NCBI RefSeq assembly: GCF_004010195.1
Contig: NC_057750.1
Location: forward strand, 12,989,369-13,053,368
Length of the DNA stretch: 64,000 bases
From: Chiloscyllium plagiosum
Taxonomy: Eukaryota
Direction: 5' to 3'
Part shown: positions 1 to 11,550 of the stretch, piece after piece
How the letters are laid out: every line of letters starts with the position of its first letter
How positions within the stretch are numbered: position 1 is the first letter of the stretch
Translations under genes and position numbers: made by a program
The notes under the pieces: model-generated
What the model was told of the DNA's origin: nothing
Databases searched by the model: none
The model's input: only the letters and a program-made list of their open reading frames with translations

Positions 1-413
1 GGCCTATCACCCTCACCTTGACCTCCTTCCACCTATCGCATTTCCAAAGCCCCTCCCCCAAGTCCCTCCTCCCTACCTTTTATCTTAGCCTGCTGGTCAC
101 ACTTTCCTCATTCCTGAAGAAGGGCTTATGCCGGAAACGTCGATTCTCCTGTTCCCTGGATGCTGCCTGTCCTGCTGCGCTTTTCCAGCACATTTTCAGA
201 TCTCTGATCTCCAGCATCTGCAGACCTCACTACCTCCCTCCACCTATCGCATTTCCAAAGCCCCTCCCCCAAGTCCCTCCTCCCTACCTTTTATCTTAGC
301 CTGCTGGTCACACTTTCCTCATTCCTGAAGAAGGGCTTATGCCGGAAACGTCGATTCTCCTGTTCCCTGGATGCTGCCTGTCCTGCTGCGCTTTTCCAGC
401 AACACATTTTCAG
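1..413 (+). mobile_element. Penelope-like element terminal repeat (family A), two tandem copies, period 211 bp
   Basis: The block ccacctatcgcatttccaaagcccc...cctgaagaagggcttatgccggaaacgtcgattctcctg...cttttccagc occurs twice, 211 bp apart. The same repeat flanks a PLE RT fragment at 46733-47047. Confidence 0.8.
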
Positions 414-835
414 CTATATCCCTCCATACCTATCCCAACCATGTACCTGCCCAAATGTTTCTTAAATTGTACTCACCTCCACCACTGCCTCTGGAAGCCT
501 GTTCCTGACACTCAGCACCCTCATGGTGAAAGAATTGCCCCCTCCGCACCCTTTTGTGTCTCTCCCTTTCACCGAAACCCACGCCCTCTAGTTTTAGACT
601 CCCCCACCCTGGGGAAAAGCGCTTGTCTATTTATCCTACCTATGCCCCTCATGATTTTATAAAACCTCAATAAGGTCACCCCTCAGCCTCCTAAACTCCA
701 GGGAAAAAAGTCCAAGCCTATCCAACCTTTCCTTGCAACTCACGTCTCCCAGGCAAAGTAGCATCCCAGTAACTCTTTTCTGCCTTCTTTCTAGTTTAAT
801 AATTTGCTGTGTACAATAGGGTGACCGGAGCTGCA
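414..835 (-). mobile_element. CR1/HER1-type LINE 3' fragment
   Basis: Minus-strand translation ERLDRLGLFSLEFRRLRGDLIEV, the CR1 ORF2 C-terminal motif. Confidence 0.9.
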
Positions 836-1392
836 AAGAGTTATTATTGTTGAGCACAGACTATGGAAGCAATCCCTGCCTCTATATTAAACTGGTGAAG
901 CCATTACTGGGAAAGCTGTGTACAACTTTGAAAACCGCGTGTTGAAAGAATGGGGCTGAACTGGAAAAGGTTTGAGGAAATAATCAGAACGCGGAACTCC
1001 ATCAGAGAGGGAAAGGCAGAGGTTTCACAACGGTCTGAAGGGAGAAACAGCAGTTCCTTCCTCTCATATCAGAGTCGAACATTAGCTCTGTTTCTCTCTC
1101 CACAGATATTGCCAGACCTGCTGAGTTTCTCTGTGTTTGTTCATGTGATGCAGGACTCTGCGCACCACGGGCTTATAGAGTGTTAGAGTATTACAGCATG
1201 GAAAGAAGCTCGTTGGCCCATAATGTCCATACCAGCCCTCAACCACTTATCTATTCTCATCTCATTTAGCATCTTGCCTTGGGTTATTCCCAGGGACACA
1301 CTCTGAGGACCAGCAACTCAGTGAAAGGTGCTCTTTGTTCTGCCTGAATACCTGTTGGTCCTCCAGTGCAAGGAGTTGCCCTCGATCCATTG

Positions 1393-1635
1393 GATGGCAC
1401 GGGGGCTCAGTGGTTAGCACTACGGCCTCACAGCGCCAGAGACCTGGGTTCGATTCCATCCTCGAGTGACTGTCTGTGTGGAAGTTTCCACATTCTCCCC
1501 TTGGGTTTCCTCTCACAATCCAAAGAGGTCAACCGTAGAAAATGCAGGGTTATAGGGTAGGGCCGTGGATCTGGGTGGGATTGCTTGGTGTGGATTTGAT
1601 GGGCCAAACGGATTACTTCCACACCGTAGGGAGTC
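1393..1635 (+). mobile_element. HE1-type V-SINE
   Basis: tRNA-like head ggcacgggggctcagtggttagcac...gggttcgattcc, V-domain tgtctgtgtggaagttt..., and a CR1-like tail. Confidence 0.85.
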
Positions 1636-1685
1636 TGGGTGTGCTGCACACTGGTGTATTCCAAAGCCCTGGGGCGCACTCAGGT

Positions 1686-2235
1686 AGAGTCTTAGAGTCA
1701 TAGAGATGTACAGCATGGAAACAGACCCTTCGGTCCAACTCGTCCATGCCGACCAGATATCCCAACCCAATCTAGTCCCACCTGCCAGCACCCGGCCCAT
1801 ATCCCTCCAAACCCTTCCTATTCATATACCCATCCAAATGCCTCTTAAATGTTGCGATTGTACCAGCCTCCACCACATCCTCTGCAACTCATTCCATACA
1901 CGTACCACCCTCTGTGTGAAAAGGTTACCCCTTAGGTCTCTTTTATATCTTTCCCCTCTCACCCTAAAACTATGCCCTCAAGTTCTGGACTCCCCACCTC
2001 AGGGAAAATACTTTGTCTATTTATCCTACCCATGCCCCTCATGATTTTATAAACCTCTATAAGGTCACCCCTCAGCCTCCGACGCTCCAGGGAAAACAGC
2101 CCCAGCGTATTCAGCCTCTCCCTGTAGCTCAAATCCTCCAAAGCTGGCAACATCCTTGTAAATCTTTTCTGAATCCTTTCAAGTTTCACAACATCCTTCC
2201 GATAGGAAGGAGACCAGAATTGCACGCAATATTCC
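1686..2235 (-). mobile_element. CR1/HER1-type LINE 3' fragment with 3' UTR
   Basis: QFWSPSYRKDVVKLERIQKRFTRMLP...LRGDLIEVYKIMRG on the minus strand; tail of (ctatgact)-like repeats. Confidence 0.92.
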
Positions 2236-2309
2236 AGACCCCTCAGGCATACTGCAACTAGGACACTGGAAGAAACCCCAGTCAGTGATAAGTATTAATG
2301 GTCAATGTT

Positions 2310-2590
2310 GAAGACTGTGGTGCTGGTAAAACACAGCCGGTCAGGCAGCATCTGAGGAGCAGGAGAGTTGACGTTTTGACATCAGCCCTTCATTAGGAAT
2401 GAGACTGAGGGGGGAGGAGAACTTCTTCAAGGTAGACATCCTTGGAAGAGGCTTCGCAGTGAGGTTAGAATCAAGAAAGTGAGGACTGCAGATGCAAAAC
2501 GTGTGGTGCTGGAAAAGCACAGCAGGTCAGGCGGCATCTAAGGAGCAGGAGAATCGACGTTTCAGGCACAAGCCCTTCATCAGGATTGAG
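2310..2590 (-). mobile_element. Two degenerate PLE family A terminal repeats
   Basis: gtgctggaaaagcacagcaggtcagg...gacgtttcaggcacaagcccttcatcagg, the reverse complement of the hammerhead-bearing repeat, occurs twice. Confidence 0.75.
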
Positions 2591-2949
2591 GCTTCAGTAA
2601 TCACACACCAGTAAACGTTGTGAGTGACGTACAACATTGGAAGAAACTGCCGTGGTTTTCAAATCTCTACCGTGTCAGCTTTGAACAGCCCTGACATGCA
2701 ACTTTGAACAATTCTCTGAATAAAGGTTTTTCTTTGTAAGAGTATTGATTTCAAATAAATAGTGAGGAGAGCATGAAGGGTCGGGTCATGAATATATTTA
2801 CTGCCATTGAGGCGAAATGGTCATGAATTCAAGCTGCAGCAAGAAGGATTTGAACAAAGGGCATTGTTATTTATTTATCTCGTGAGCAGAATTTGAAGTT
2901 TATTTAAAATACAAGGGATGTCAAAGCCAACGTTTGTCGTCATTGCCAA

Positions 2950-3295
2950 TTGAAAAAAAAAAATTGTTCGTAGGATGAGGAGATGGCTGGCTAGGCCCAG
3001 TATTTAACACCCCATCCTAGAGAGCAGTTCAGAGTCAACCACATCACTGTGGGTCTGGAGTTACATGTAGGCCAGACTGGGTAAGATGACAGATTTCCTT
3101 CCCTAAAGGACATTAGTGACCCAGATGGTTCTTTCCTAATTGGTGGTGTTACATAGCCACCATTAGGACTAGTTTTTGACTCCAGATTTTTAAAAGTTGA
3201 ATTCAAGTTTCACCATCCGCCATGAGGTTCGAGCCCAGGTTATTAGATTAGCACTTTGGACGACTAGTCCAGTGACATTACCACTACACCACAGT
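2950..3295 (-). mobile_element. Second tRNA-derived SINE family (gtaatgtcactggactag...gggaaggaaatctgcc...tgactccagacccacag)
   Basis: The family recurs at ~19940-20250, 25585-26455 (split), 40850-41130, 42020-42340, 47590-47910, 49570-50220, 52625-52975, 53110-53580, 57650-57945(-), 61790-61990 and 62520-62875. Confidence 0.75.
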
Positions 3296-3329
3296 TTCTC
3301 TTGTAACGGTGGGGTTTGTGGGCAGCAGT

Positions 3330-3700
3330 AACACTGTAGTTTCAGGCATGGAAACATCCACAATGCTGTTCTGGAGGGAATTCCAGGATTCCGACCGAAT
3401 GACACTGAAGGACTGGGTTTCTATTTTCAAGTCGGGATGGTGAGTGGCTCGGAGGTGACCTTGCAGGGTGTTCCCACGTATTGGCTGCCCTTGCCCTTAT
3501 AGATATTAGAGACCATGCATTTGGAAGGTGCTGTTGAAGATGGCTTTGGAGAGTTGCTGCAGTGCATCTTGTCGATGGTACACACTGCTGCTACTGAGTG
3601 GATATTGAAGGACCCAAATTGCATGGAGTTGTTAAGTGCCGTTGGAACTCACAGATACCCATCTCACTCCTGACTTGCACCTTGTCAGCGGTGGACAGGC
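3330..3700 (-). mobile_element. Old LINE (L2/CR1-group) RT 3' fragment
   Basis: Minus translation ...VAAVCTIDKMHCSNSPK. Related segments (gctgggtcaaaatcctggaa...tggactgcagcggttcaagaagg) at ~20300-20490 and 50410-50530. Confidence 0.6.
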
Positions 3701-4030
3701 GATTGTTCTGAACCAGATCAGACCCCCTCCAAAAACTATTTGAGGAAAGTGGCCTGGACCCAAACATTTTCTTATTTGAAAAGCAATCACAGGTCGGTGC
3801 AACATCGAGGGCCAAAGGGCCTGTTCTGCGCTGTATTGTTCTATGTTCTAGATAGAGCTAGGCCACAGAACAGCCATGATCCCATTGAATGGCGGAACGG
3901 GCTGGAGAGGCTGAACGTCCTCCTGCTGTTAAGACTAAGAGTGGAGAATGTCACTGGGTCAAGTACAAACATGACTCAACATGGCCAACAACAATAGAAA
4001 ATCAAGCCAGCGTCAGGTACAGGTACAGAT

Positions 4031-4513
4031 TTGCCTTAACAAACTAATATCTTACAGGAGAAAGTGAGGACTGCAGATGCTGGAGATCCGAGCTGATAGG
4101 ATAAGGAGGAGGGACTTGGGGGAGGGGCGTTGGGAATGCGATAGATGGAAGGAGGTCAAGGTGAGGGTGATAGGCCGGAGAGGAGTTGGGGACGGAGAGG
4201 TCAGGAAGAAGATTGCAGGTTAGGATCTCTCCGCCCCCGCCCCCACTCCGGCCTATCACCCTCACCTTGACCTCTTTCCACCTATCGCATTTCCAACGCC
4301 CCTCCCCCAAGTCCCTCCTCCCTACCTTTTATCTTAGCCTGCTTGACACACTTTCCTCATTCCTGAAGAAGGGTTCATGCCCGAAACGTCGATTCCCCTG
4401 CTCCTTGGATGCTGCCTGACCTGCTGCGCTTTTCCAGCAACACATTTTCAGCTCGGATCTCCAGCATCTGCAGTCCTCACTTTCTCCTGTAAGATATTAG
4501 TTTGTTAAGGCAA
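4031..4513. mobile_element. Palindromic PLE family A insertion
   Basis: 4031-4096 is the exact reverse complement of 4448-4513, and the inner arms are also complementary. Hammerhead core at 4363-4390. Confidence 0.85.
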
Positions 4514-5131
4514 CTAATTTACGATTCGAGAGTAAACTCAAGCTATATTATTCACCGATCCAAGGAGAGAAGAAGGGTAATAGCAGACTCAACACATTAA
4601 CCCTGTTTCCCTCTCTTTCTCTCTCTCTCTCTTTCTTTCTCTCTCTCTCTCCCCCCCCCCCCCCCCGCAGTGGCTGCCAGACCTGTTGAGCTTCTCCAGC
4701 AGTTTTCTGCCTTTGTTTCGGGTTTCCAGCATCCGCAGCGTGATAACATTTTACAACAGGAAAGTGGTAAAGAGGAAAGGCACAGAAATATACAACAGCT
4801 TTTCCACTGACTGATTCCAGAAAACTCAACTTTTCAAATTAAATGGAGAACGTGTGACTTAATAGATTTGTGCTAACTTCGTGCTGTTAAGCCAGTTATA
4901 ATTTGTGAACCTGTCATTTCATTGAAAAAATAGCACAAACCCAAATGCAGCTTATAGCTACACTGTCAGACATATCTCCCAGATATAACTGCAGGTGGGA
5001 CCTTCAGGTGGTAATTTACAGGAAATGCTGTCAACTGGGGAGTTAATTGGTATTCCATTTTCTAAAAGCCTGCTACAAATTAATCAGATCACAACACTTT
5101 GAACAGTTGCTGTAACTAAAATCAGATCAAA

Positions 5132-5890
5132 GAGTCATAGGGATGTACAGCACCGAAAAAGACCCTTCGGTCCAACTCGTCCGTGCCAAGTAGATATCCC
5201 AACCTAATCTAGTCCCATTTGCCAGCACTTGGCCCATATCCCTCCAAACCATTCCTATTCATATACCCATCCAGATACATTTTAATTGTACCAGCCTCCA
5301 CCACTTCCTCTGGCAGCCCATTCCATACATGTACCACCCTCTGCGTGAAAACGTTGCCCCTTAGGTCTCTTTTAAATCTTTCCCCTATCACCCTAAACCT
5401 ATGTCATCTAATTTTGGACTCCAGGAAAAAGACTTTGTCTATTCACTCTAACCATGCCCCTCATGATTTCATAAACATCTGTAAGGTCACCCCTCAGCCT
5501 CCGATGCTCCAGGGAAAACAGCCCCACCCTATTCAGCCTCTCCCTGTAGCTCAAATCCTCCAACCCTGGCAACATCTTTGTAAATCTTTTCTGAACTCTC
5601 AAGTTTCACATCATCCTTCCCACAGCAGGGAGATCAGAACTGCACACAGTATTCCAAAAATGGCCTAACCAATGTCCTGTACAGCCACAACATGACCTCT
5701 CAACTCCTGTACTCAATGCTTTGACCATTAAAGGAAAGCATATCAAACGCCTTCTTCACTATCCTATCTGCCTGTGACTCCACTTTCAAGGAGCTATGAA
5801 CCTGCACTCCAAGGTCCCATTGTTCAGCACCACTCCCCAGGATACTACCATTAAGTGTATAAGTCCTGCCTTGATTACCCTTTCCAAATC
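5132..5890 (-). mobile_element. CR1/HER1-type LINE 3' fragment
   Basis: RVQKRFTKMLPGLEDLSYRERLNRVGLFSLEHRRLRGDL and FTQRVVHVWNGLPEEVVEAG on the minus strand. Confidence 0.92.
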
Positions 5891-5929
5891 ATTGAAAAGA
5901 AACTGAACAAACAGAAATGGGAATGTTCT

Positions 5930-6435
5930 TTAGAGGGTGTGGTGTATATCGGTGTTTAGAGGGTGTGGTGTATATCAATGTTTAGAGGGTGTGGTGTATA
6001 TCGGTGTTTAGAGGGTGTGGTGTATATCAAGGTTTAAAGGATGCGGTGTTTATCGGTGTTTAGAGGATGCGGTGTATATTAGTGTTTAGAGGGTGTGGTG
6101 TATATCGGTGCTTTGGGGGGGTGCAATGTATATCGGTGTTTCAAGGGGGTGCGGTGTACATTGATGTTTAGAGGGTGTGGTGTATACTCATGTTTCGAGG
6201 GTGTATTGTATATCGGTGTTTAGAGGGTTCGGTGTACATCAGTGCTTTGAGGGGGTGCGGTGTATATCAGTGTTTACAGCATGTGATGTATATCAGTGTT
6301 TAGAGGGTGTGGTGTATATCATGTTTACAGCGTGTGATGTATATCAGTGTTTAGAGGGTGTGGTGTATATCATGTTTACAGCGTGTGATGTATATCAGGG
6401 TTTAGAGGGTTCGGTGTACATTAGTGCTTTGAGGT
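5930..6435. repeat. 26-bp minisatellite (ttagagggtgtggtgtatatcggtgt), about 19 copies
   Basis: Direct inspection; the later copies alternate between variants. Confidence 0.92.
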
Positions 6436-7496
6436 AGGGTGACTACCCATCACACCACAAGACCACCTTTTCTGCATCTACTACCTCGAGGTCAATGGGT
6501 TCCATTAGACAAATCTCTGCCTTCCTAATGACCTGGACAAAGACATTTCATTTGTGTAGCAAAAGGTGTTAGACTGTGGAGCAATAAGGAGATGGGCCTA
6601 ATTGGAATATTGGGGATGGGCCTAATTGGATAGTTCTTTCAAAGAGTTAGCATGAGGAAGTGGGCCACATAGCCTTATTTTCTGTATGGTTCTATGAATC
6701 TACAACTCGTGAGTTAGACCTTCAGTCACCCAATTCCTCTCAACAATCATCCAACTGGATAGCCAGTGTCAAAATTTTTATTGTAATCAAACTGAGTCTT
6801 TACATCACCCACTCCTGATGGTATTCTTAAATGCTGGAAGGTTTTGAGTTTTAATAAGAGATGAATAATTGCTTCGGGACTTTGTCTGAGGCTCATAGTC
6901 CTTCCTGTTATTGAGCTGTGGTTCAACCCTCCTCCAGTGCTGTTCTGGCAGTAGTTACCTGTGAAACATTAAACCATATATTTTTTTGTTCACAGATGTT
7001 CAGTAACCTGCGCCATATTTCAGCAGCTTGTGTTTGTATAACTTCTTGAAGGTGTAATGTCCCAGGTTGCTACACAGAAACATGAGCAAACGCAATTTGA
7101 CACTGTGCCACGTTAGAGAAATGATTTTTTTTGTGTCTTTATTTTTATTACTGAGCCCTTGGTTGTCATGGTGCATGATGCCTGGACCTTAAACCCATCT
7201 TGTTGCCTAATGCCCTTCAGAGAAGGCAATCTGCCATCTCTACCCGGTCTGACCTACATGTGACTCCTGACTCACAGCAACATGGTTGATTCTTAACTAC
7301 TCTCTGAGCAAGTTGAGATGGGCAATAATCGATGTTATAAACACACTCACATCCCACAAATAATTTTTTTTGGAAAAGGCTCTGGAATTCCTTCCTCTTT
7401 CTCTCCCCTTCATACATTTCGTAAAGTATCGCTGACCATTCCGATGGGTTAGATTTGAAAAAATGCATAATTATCAGGGGCTTTTGCAGCACAAGG

Positions 7497-8035
7497 ATAG
7501 AGAGCATAGAGACATAGAGCTGTAGCACAGAAATAGCCCCGTTGGTCCAACACGCCCATGCTGACCAGATATCCTAAATTAACCTAGTCTCATTTGCCAG
7601 CACTTGCCCATATCCCTCCAAACCCTTCCTGTTAATGTACCCATCTACATGCTTTTTAAATGCTCCACCACTTCCTCTGGCAGCTCATTCCCTATACACA
7701 CCACCCTCTGCATAAAAAAGATGCCCCTTAGGTCCCTTTTAAATCTTTCCTTTCTCATCTTAAACCTATACCCTCTAGTTTTGGGCTCCCCTATTCTGAG
7801 AAAAAGACTTTGTCTATTTATCCTATCCATGCCCCTTCACGACTTTATAAACCTCTGTAAGGTCACCCCTCAGCCTCCAACGCTCCAGGGAAAACAACCC
7901 CAGCCTATTCAGCCTCTCCCTACAGCTCAAACCCTCCAACCCTGACAATATCCTTGAAAAACCTTTCTGACCCTTTCAGGTATAAAAACATCTTTCCTAT
8001 AGCAGAGAGACCGGAATTGAATGCCATATGCTAAA
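7497..8035 (-). mobile_element. CR1/HER1-type LINE 3' fragment
   Basis: DRINRQSLF..KTRGYRFKMRKERFKRDLRGIFFMQRVV on the minus strand. Confidence 0.9.
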
Positions 8036-8037
8036 AG

Positions 8038-8263
8038 TGGGGGGATTGGGATTGGGAGTGGGATAGAGGGGGGGATTTGGAGTGGGAGAGATGTGGGAAT
8101 GGGAGAGGGATAGAGATGGGTATGGGTGCTGTATGGAATTGGGAATGAGATTGGGATAGAGGGGGGAATGAGAGGGTAATGGAGGTGGGAATGGAATTGG
8201 AATAGAGGGGGATCGGGGATGGGATGAGGAGGGAGGTCGGGGGCAATGGGAGAGGGATTGGGA
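8038..8263 (+). repeat. G-rich degenerate hexamer repeat (gggatt/gggaat/gggata)
   Basis: Runs of GGG every ~6 nt, lying between two oppositely oriented CR1 pieces. Confidence 0.85.
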
Positions 8264-9659
8264 TGCTGTCTTGTGGCTGTACAGGACATTGGTGAGACCA
8301 CATTTGGAATACCGCATTCAATTCTGGTTTCCCTGCTATAGGAAGGTGGCAGTGAAACTTGAAAGTCTTCAGAAAAGATTTACATCGCAGGAGGATTGTA
8401 CCTTGTGACCTGACCTATACTTAACCCTGAATCACCAACATATTGTGCTGTCTTGGGAAGCCTGTCGGACATCAGTTGGTGGCCACAGTTCCCATACTGC
8501 AGCAGTGACTGTATACCCTTCAGAACGGTGAGCAACTGTAAAACACTTGGTGACATGCAGTGGACATTAAAGGTACTATTTAAATGCAACTCTGTTATTG
8601 CAGTTGGATAGCACCTCTGTCTCTCATGTCGAGCAATAAATACTAAATTTGCTTGACACCACACCTCCCACTGAAGGAATTTTAGCAACATTAAGGACGT
8701 CTTTGCAACATCATTGAACACAGACGAGACAACTAGTGCATTTACAAAATCTTCCATTTTGCCTGCCTTCAAGGTATTACGTCATTCAGCGTTGAGCTCT
8801 TGCTCCAAGTGATTAATCGTTAGCTTTACGGTGAGGTGACTGAGCTTTGAGATTTTTTAGCAAACTTGTTGTTCCATGCTGGGATTAATGGCCCCATGTT
8901 CGACCTACTGTCACCCATTACCTGATGTGTGTGATAGAGAGGCTCTGTTGTAAAAGTCTGGGCCCCTTTGCTCCTCAGCTGCATCATTCTGTAAATGTCT
9001 CCCCCCAAAACCCTCGAGGCAACAGTATTAAATATCCTTCAGTGAACACACTCAATATGGGGAGGGGGGGGAACAATAGCCATTATCAATTAGAGGCTGC
9101 ATCCTTTCACAGAGAAACTATGTCCCATTTCTGTCCCATTTTAGCTCCTGCCATTTGGGGGCCTTTCATTCAGACTCAGCTCCATTTAGATCATTGTCCA
9201 TTGTTATAAACGAGAGAGCTAAAGGCAGTCCTGTCATGTGAACCCAAGCCCCTGTAGTCCCACTGTGCCGACTACCTTGGTGTGTTTTTGAGGTTAATTC
9301 TTCACCACTCTCAATATTTATATGAATCCTTTCTAATTCTACTGTTTCCCTTGTACAATGCCTTTGGTTTCCTGTGGAGATGACTGAATGGGCCCCATTA
9401 CAATCTCCACAGACCAATCGTGGGTCAACTCTCAGCAAGGGGGCCGCTATTGTGGGCTTGGAATGCTGGGAGATCAGGCAAACTCAAAAGCAAAGGCACA
9501 GATTCCTCGAGAAGCAATGATCTCAGACAAATATTACACAAAATCCTCTCGGGTGAACAATACGTCGGTCTGGAGAAGCTTCGAGTTTATGCCCTCTGTC
9601 ACTGAACAAAAGGTCGCACAGGTAACACTTGGCCAAGAGATGGTCGCCAACCATTTAAC

Positions 9660-10145
9660 AATTAAATTGGAGAGGGTTTAGGAGAGATTTACCAGGATGT
9701 TGCCAGGTATCAAAGGTCTAAGTTATACAGAAGAGCTGGATAGGTTGGGACTTCTTTCACAGGAGCGTTGGAGGTTGAGAGGTGACCTGACAGAAGTTTA
9801 TGAAATAATGAGGGGTATAGACAGAATTAACAGCAGTTGTCTTTTCCATGGGATAGGGGGATTTCAAAACTAAAGGGGGCACATTTTTATGATGAGAGGA
9901 GGGAAATTTAAAAAAGACAGGAGGGGCAAAATGTTTCCACAGGGGGTGGTTCGTGTGTGGAATGAACTCCCTGAGGAAGTGGAGGATACGTGTACAGTCA
10001 CAACGTTTAAAAGATGTTTGGATAAGGACATGAATAGGGAAAGGTTTGGAGGGATCTGGAGGCAGGTGTGACTGGTTTGCTTTGGGATTATGTTTGGCAT
10101 GGATTGGTTGGATCGAAGGGTCTGTTTTCATGCTGTACGATGCGA
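9660..10145 (+). mobile_element. CR1 LINE 3' fragment
   Basis: KLERV..RFTRMLPG and VVRVWNELPEEVED..VTTFKRCLDKDMNR. Confidence 0.88.
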
Positions 10146-10833
10146 CAATTTCACACGTTCGCTCTTGAGTCCTGGTGTTTGTCATGTCCTAGCTTGTTAC
10201 ACCATTAGCACTGTCCTGTGATGCTGTGGGTTCAAATCCGGAAACTGGGTATTGCCGAAGGGGCATTCTGAGGGAGTTCTGTCCCGGCTTTAAGCTAAGA
10301 CGTGAAATCAGGGCCTGCTCGGGCCGTAGTCACAGATACCCTGATGTTATTGCCAAGGAGAACAGGGGTGGGATTTTCTAATCGAGATCTTATTCCACCC
10401 CAGGGGAGCAAGGCTGGACTTGAACCCAGGCCTCTGAGCTCAGAGGTAAGGAGCTCGCCTCTGCAATACGAAAGCCTGGCCAATTTCTCCATTTTTGTGC
10501 GAGGAAAACTGTAGTGCTGAACTTCTTTAACTTAATTCGTTATTTTCCTATTTCTGGAATTAAGGTTCTGTACCTCAGATGTGCGTGGCGACATTGTAGG
10601 CTTTTCATGATACTCTTGTACTTGAGTACACCTGACAATAAAGCTAAACCTAAACCCGATATTTACCCCTCAATCAGCAGCATTAACGCAGCTGACTCAC
10701 ACAATGAGCAGGGCACTGATTATGGGATCGTCCTGTGCTCAGACTTGCTCCCAACTTGCCCACATTGCCACAGAAAGCATACTTGGAAAAATGCTTTCGG
10801 AATGCTGGGAAATGCATTCAATCCTTCCACAAG

Positions 10834-11105
10834 ATGGCACGGTGGTTAGCACTGCTGCCTCACAGCGCCAGAGACCCGGGTTCAATTCCCACCTCGGGCA
10901 ACTGTCTGTGTGGAGTTTGCACATCCCCCCCTCCGTGTCTGCGTGGGTTTCCTTCCACAGTCCAAAAATGTGCAGGTTAGGTGATTTGGCCATGCTAAAC
11001 TGTTAGGTGTAGGGGAATGGGTCTGGGTGGGTTGCTCTTCAGAGGGTCGGTGTGGACTTGTTGGGCTGAAGGGCCTGTTTCCACACTGTAAGCAATAAAA
11101 TCTAA
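10834..11105 (+). mobile_element. HE1-type V-SINE
   Basis: tggcacggtggttagcactgctgcctcacagcgccagagacccgggttcaattccc...ggacttgttgggctgaagggcctgtttccacactgta. Confidence 0.9.
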
Positions 11106-11107
11106 AA

Positions 11108-11550
11108 AGACCATAGGAGCAGAAATTAGGCCGTTCGTCCCATCGAGTCTGACAAGTGAATCATGACTGACAAGTCTTTCAACCCCGCTTTCTCCCTGTA
11201 ACCCTTGATCCCCTTGGCAATAAAAAACCTATCCATCTCTGTTTTAAATGTACTCAATGATCTGGCCTCCACAGCCTTCTGTGGCAATGAATTCCAACGT
11301 TCACTCTGTCCGGGCCGCTCAGTATTCTGTAAGTTTCAATCAGAACCCCCCTTCATCCTTCTAACCTCCATTGAGTATAGTCCCAGAGTCCTCAAACGTT
11401 CCTCATATGTTAAGCCTTGCGTTCCTGCGATCATTCTCGTGAACCTTCCCTGGACCCGTTCCAGGGCTAATATAACCTTCCTGAGGTATAAGACCCAAAA
11501 TTGCTCACAGTACTCTAAATGTGGTCTGACCAGAGCCTTATGAAGCCTTC
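11108..11550 (-). mobile_element. CR1 LINE fragment (different subfamily)
   Basis: KALVRPHLEYCEQFW...LERVQGRFTRMIAG...YEERLRTLGLYS on the minus strand. Confidence 0.88.

Noticed and set aside
1393..1460. tRNA-like A/B boxes (also in many other copies)
   Set aside because: They are SINE heads followed by a V-domain and LINE-like tail; no complete cloverleaf or acceptor stem.
8380..8772. 130-aa minus-strand ORF
   Set aside because: Only MSDRLPK hints at a decayed RTE LINE; not a host gene.
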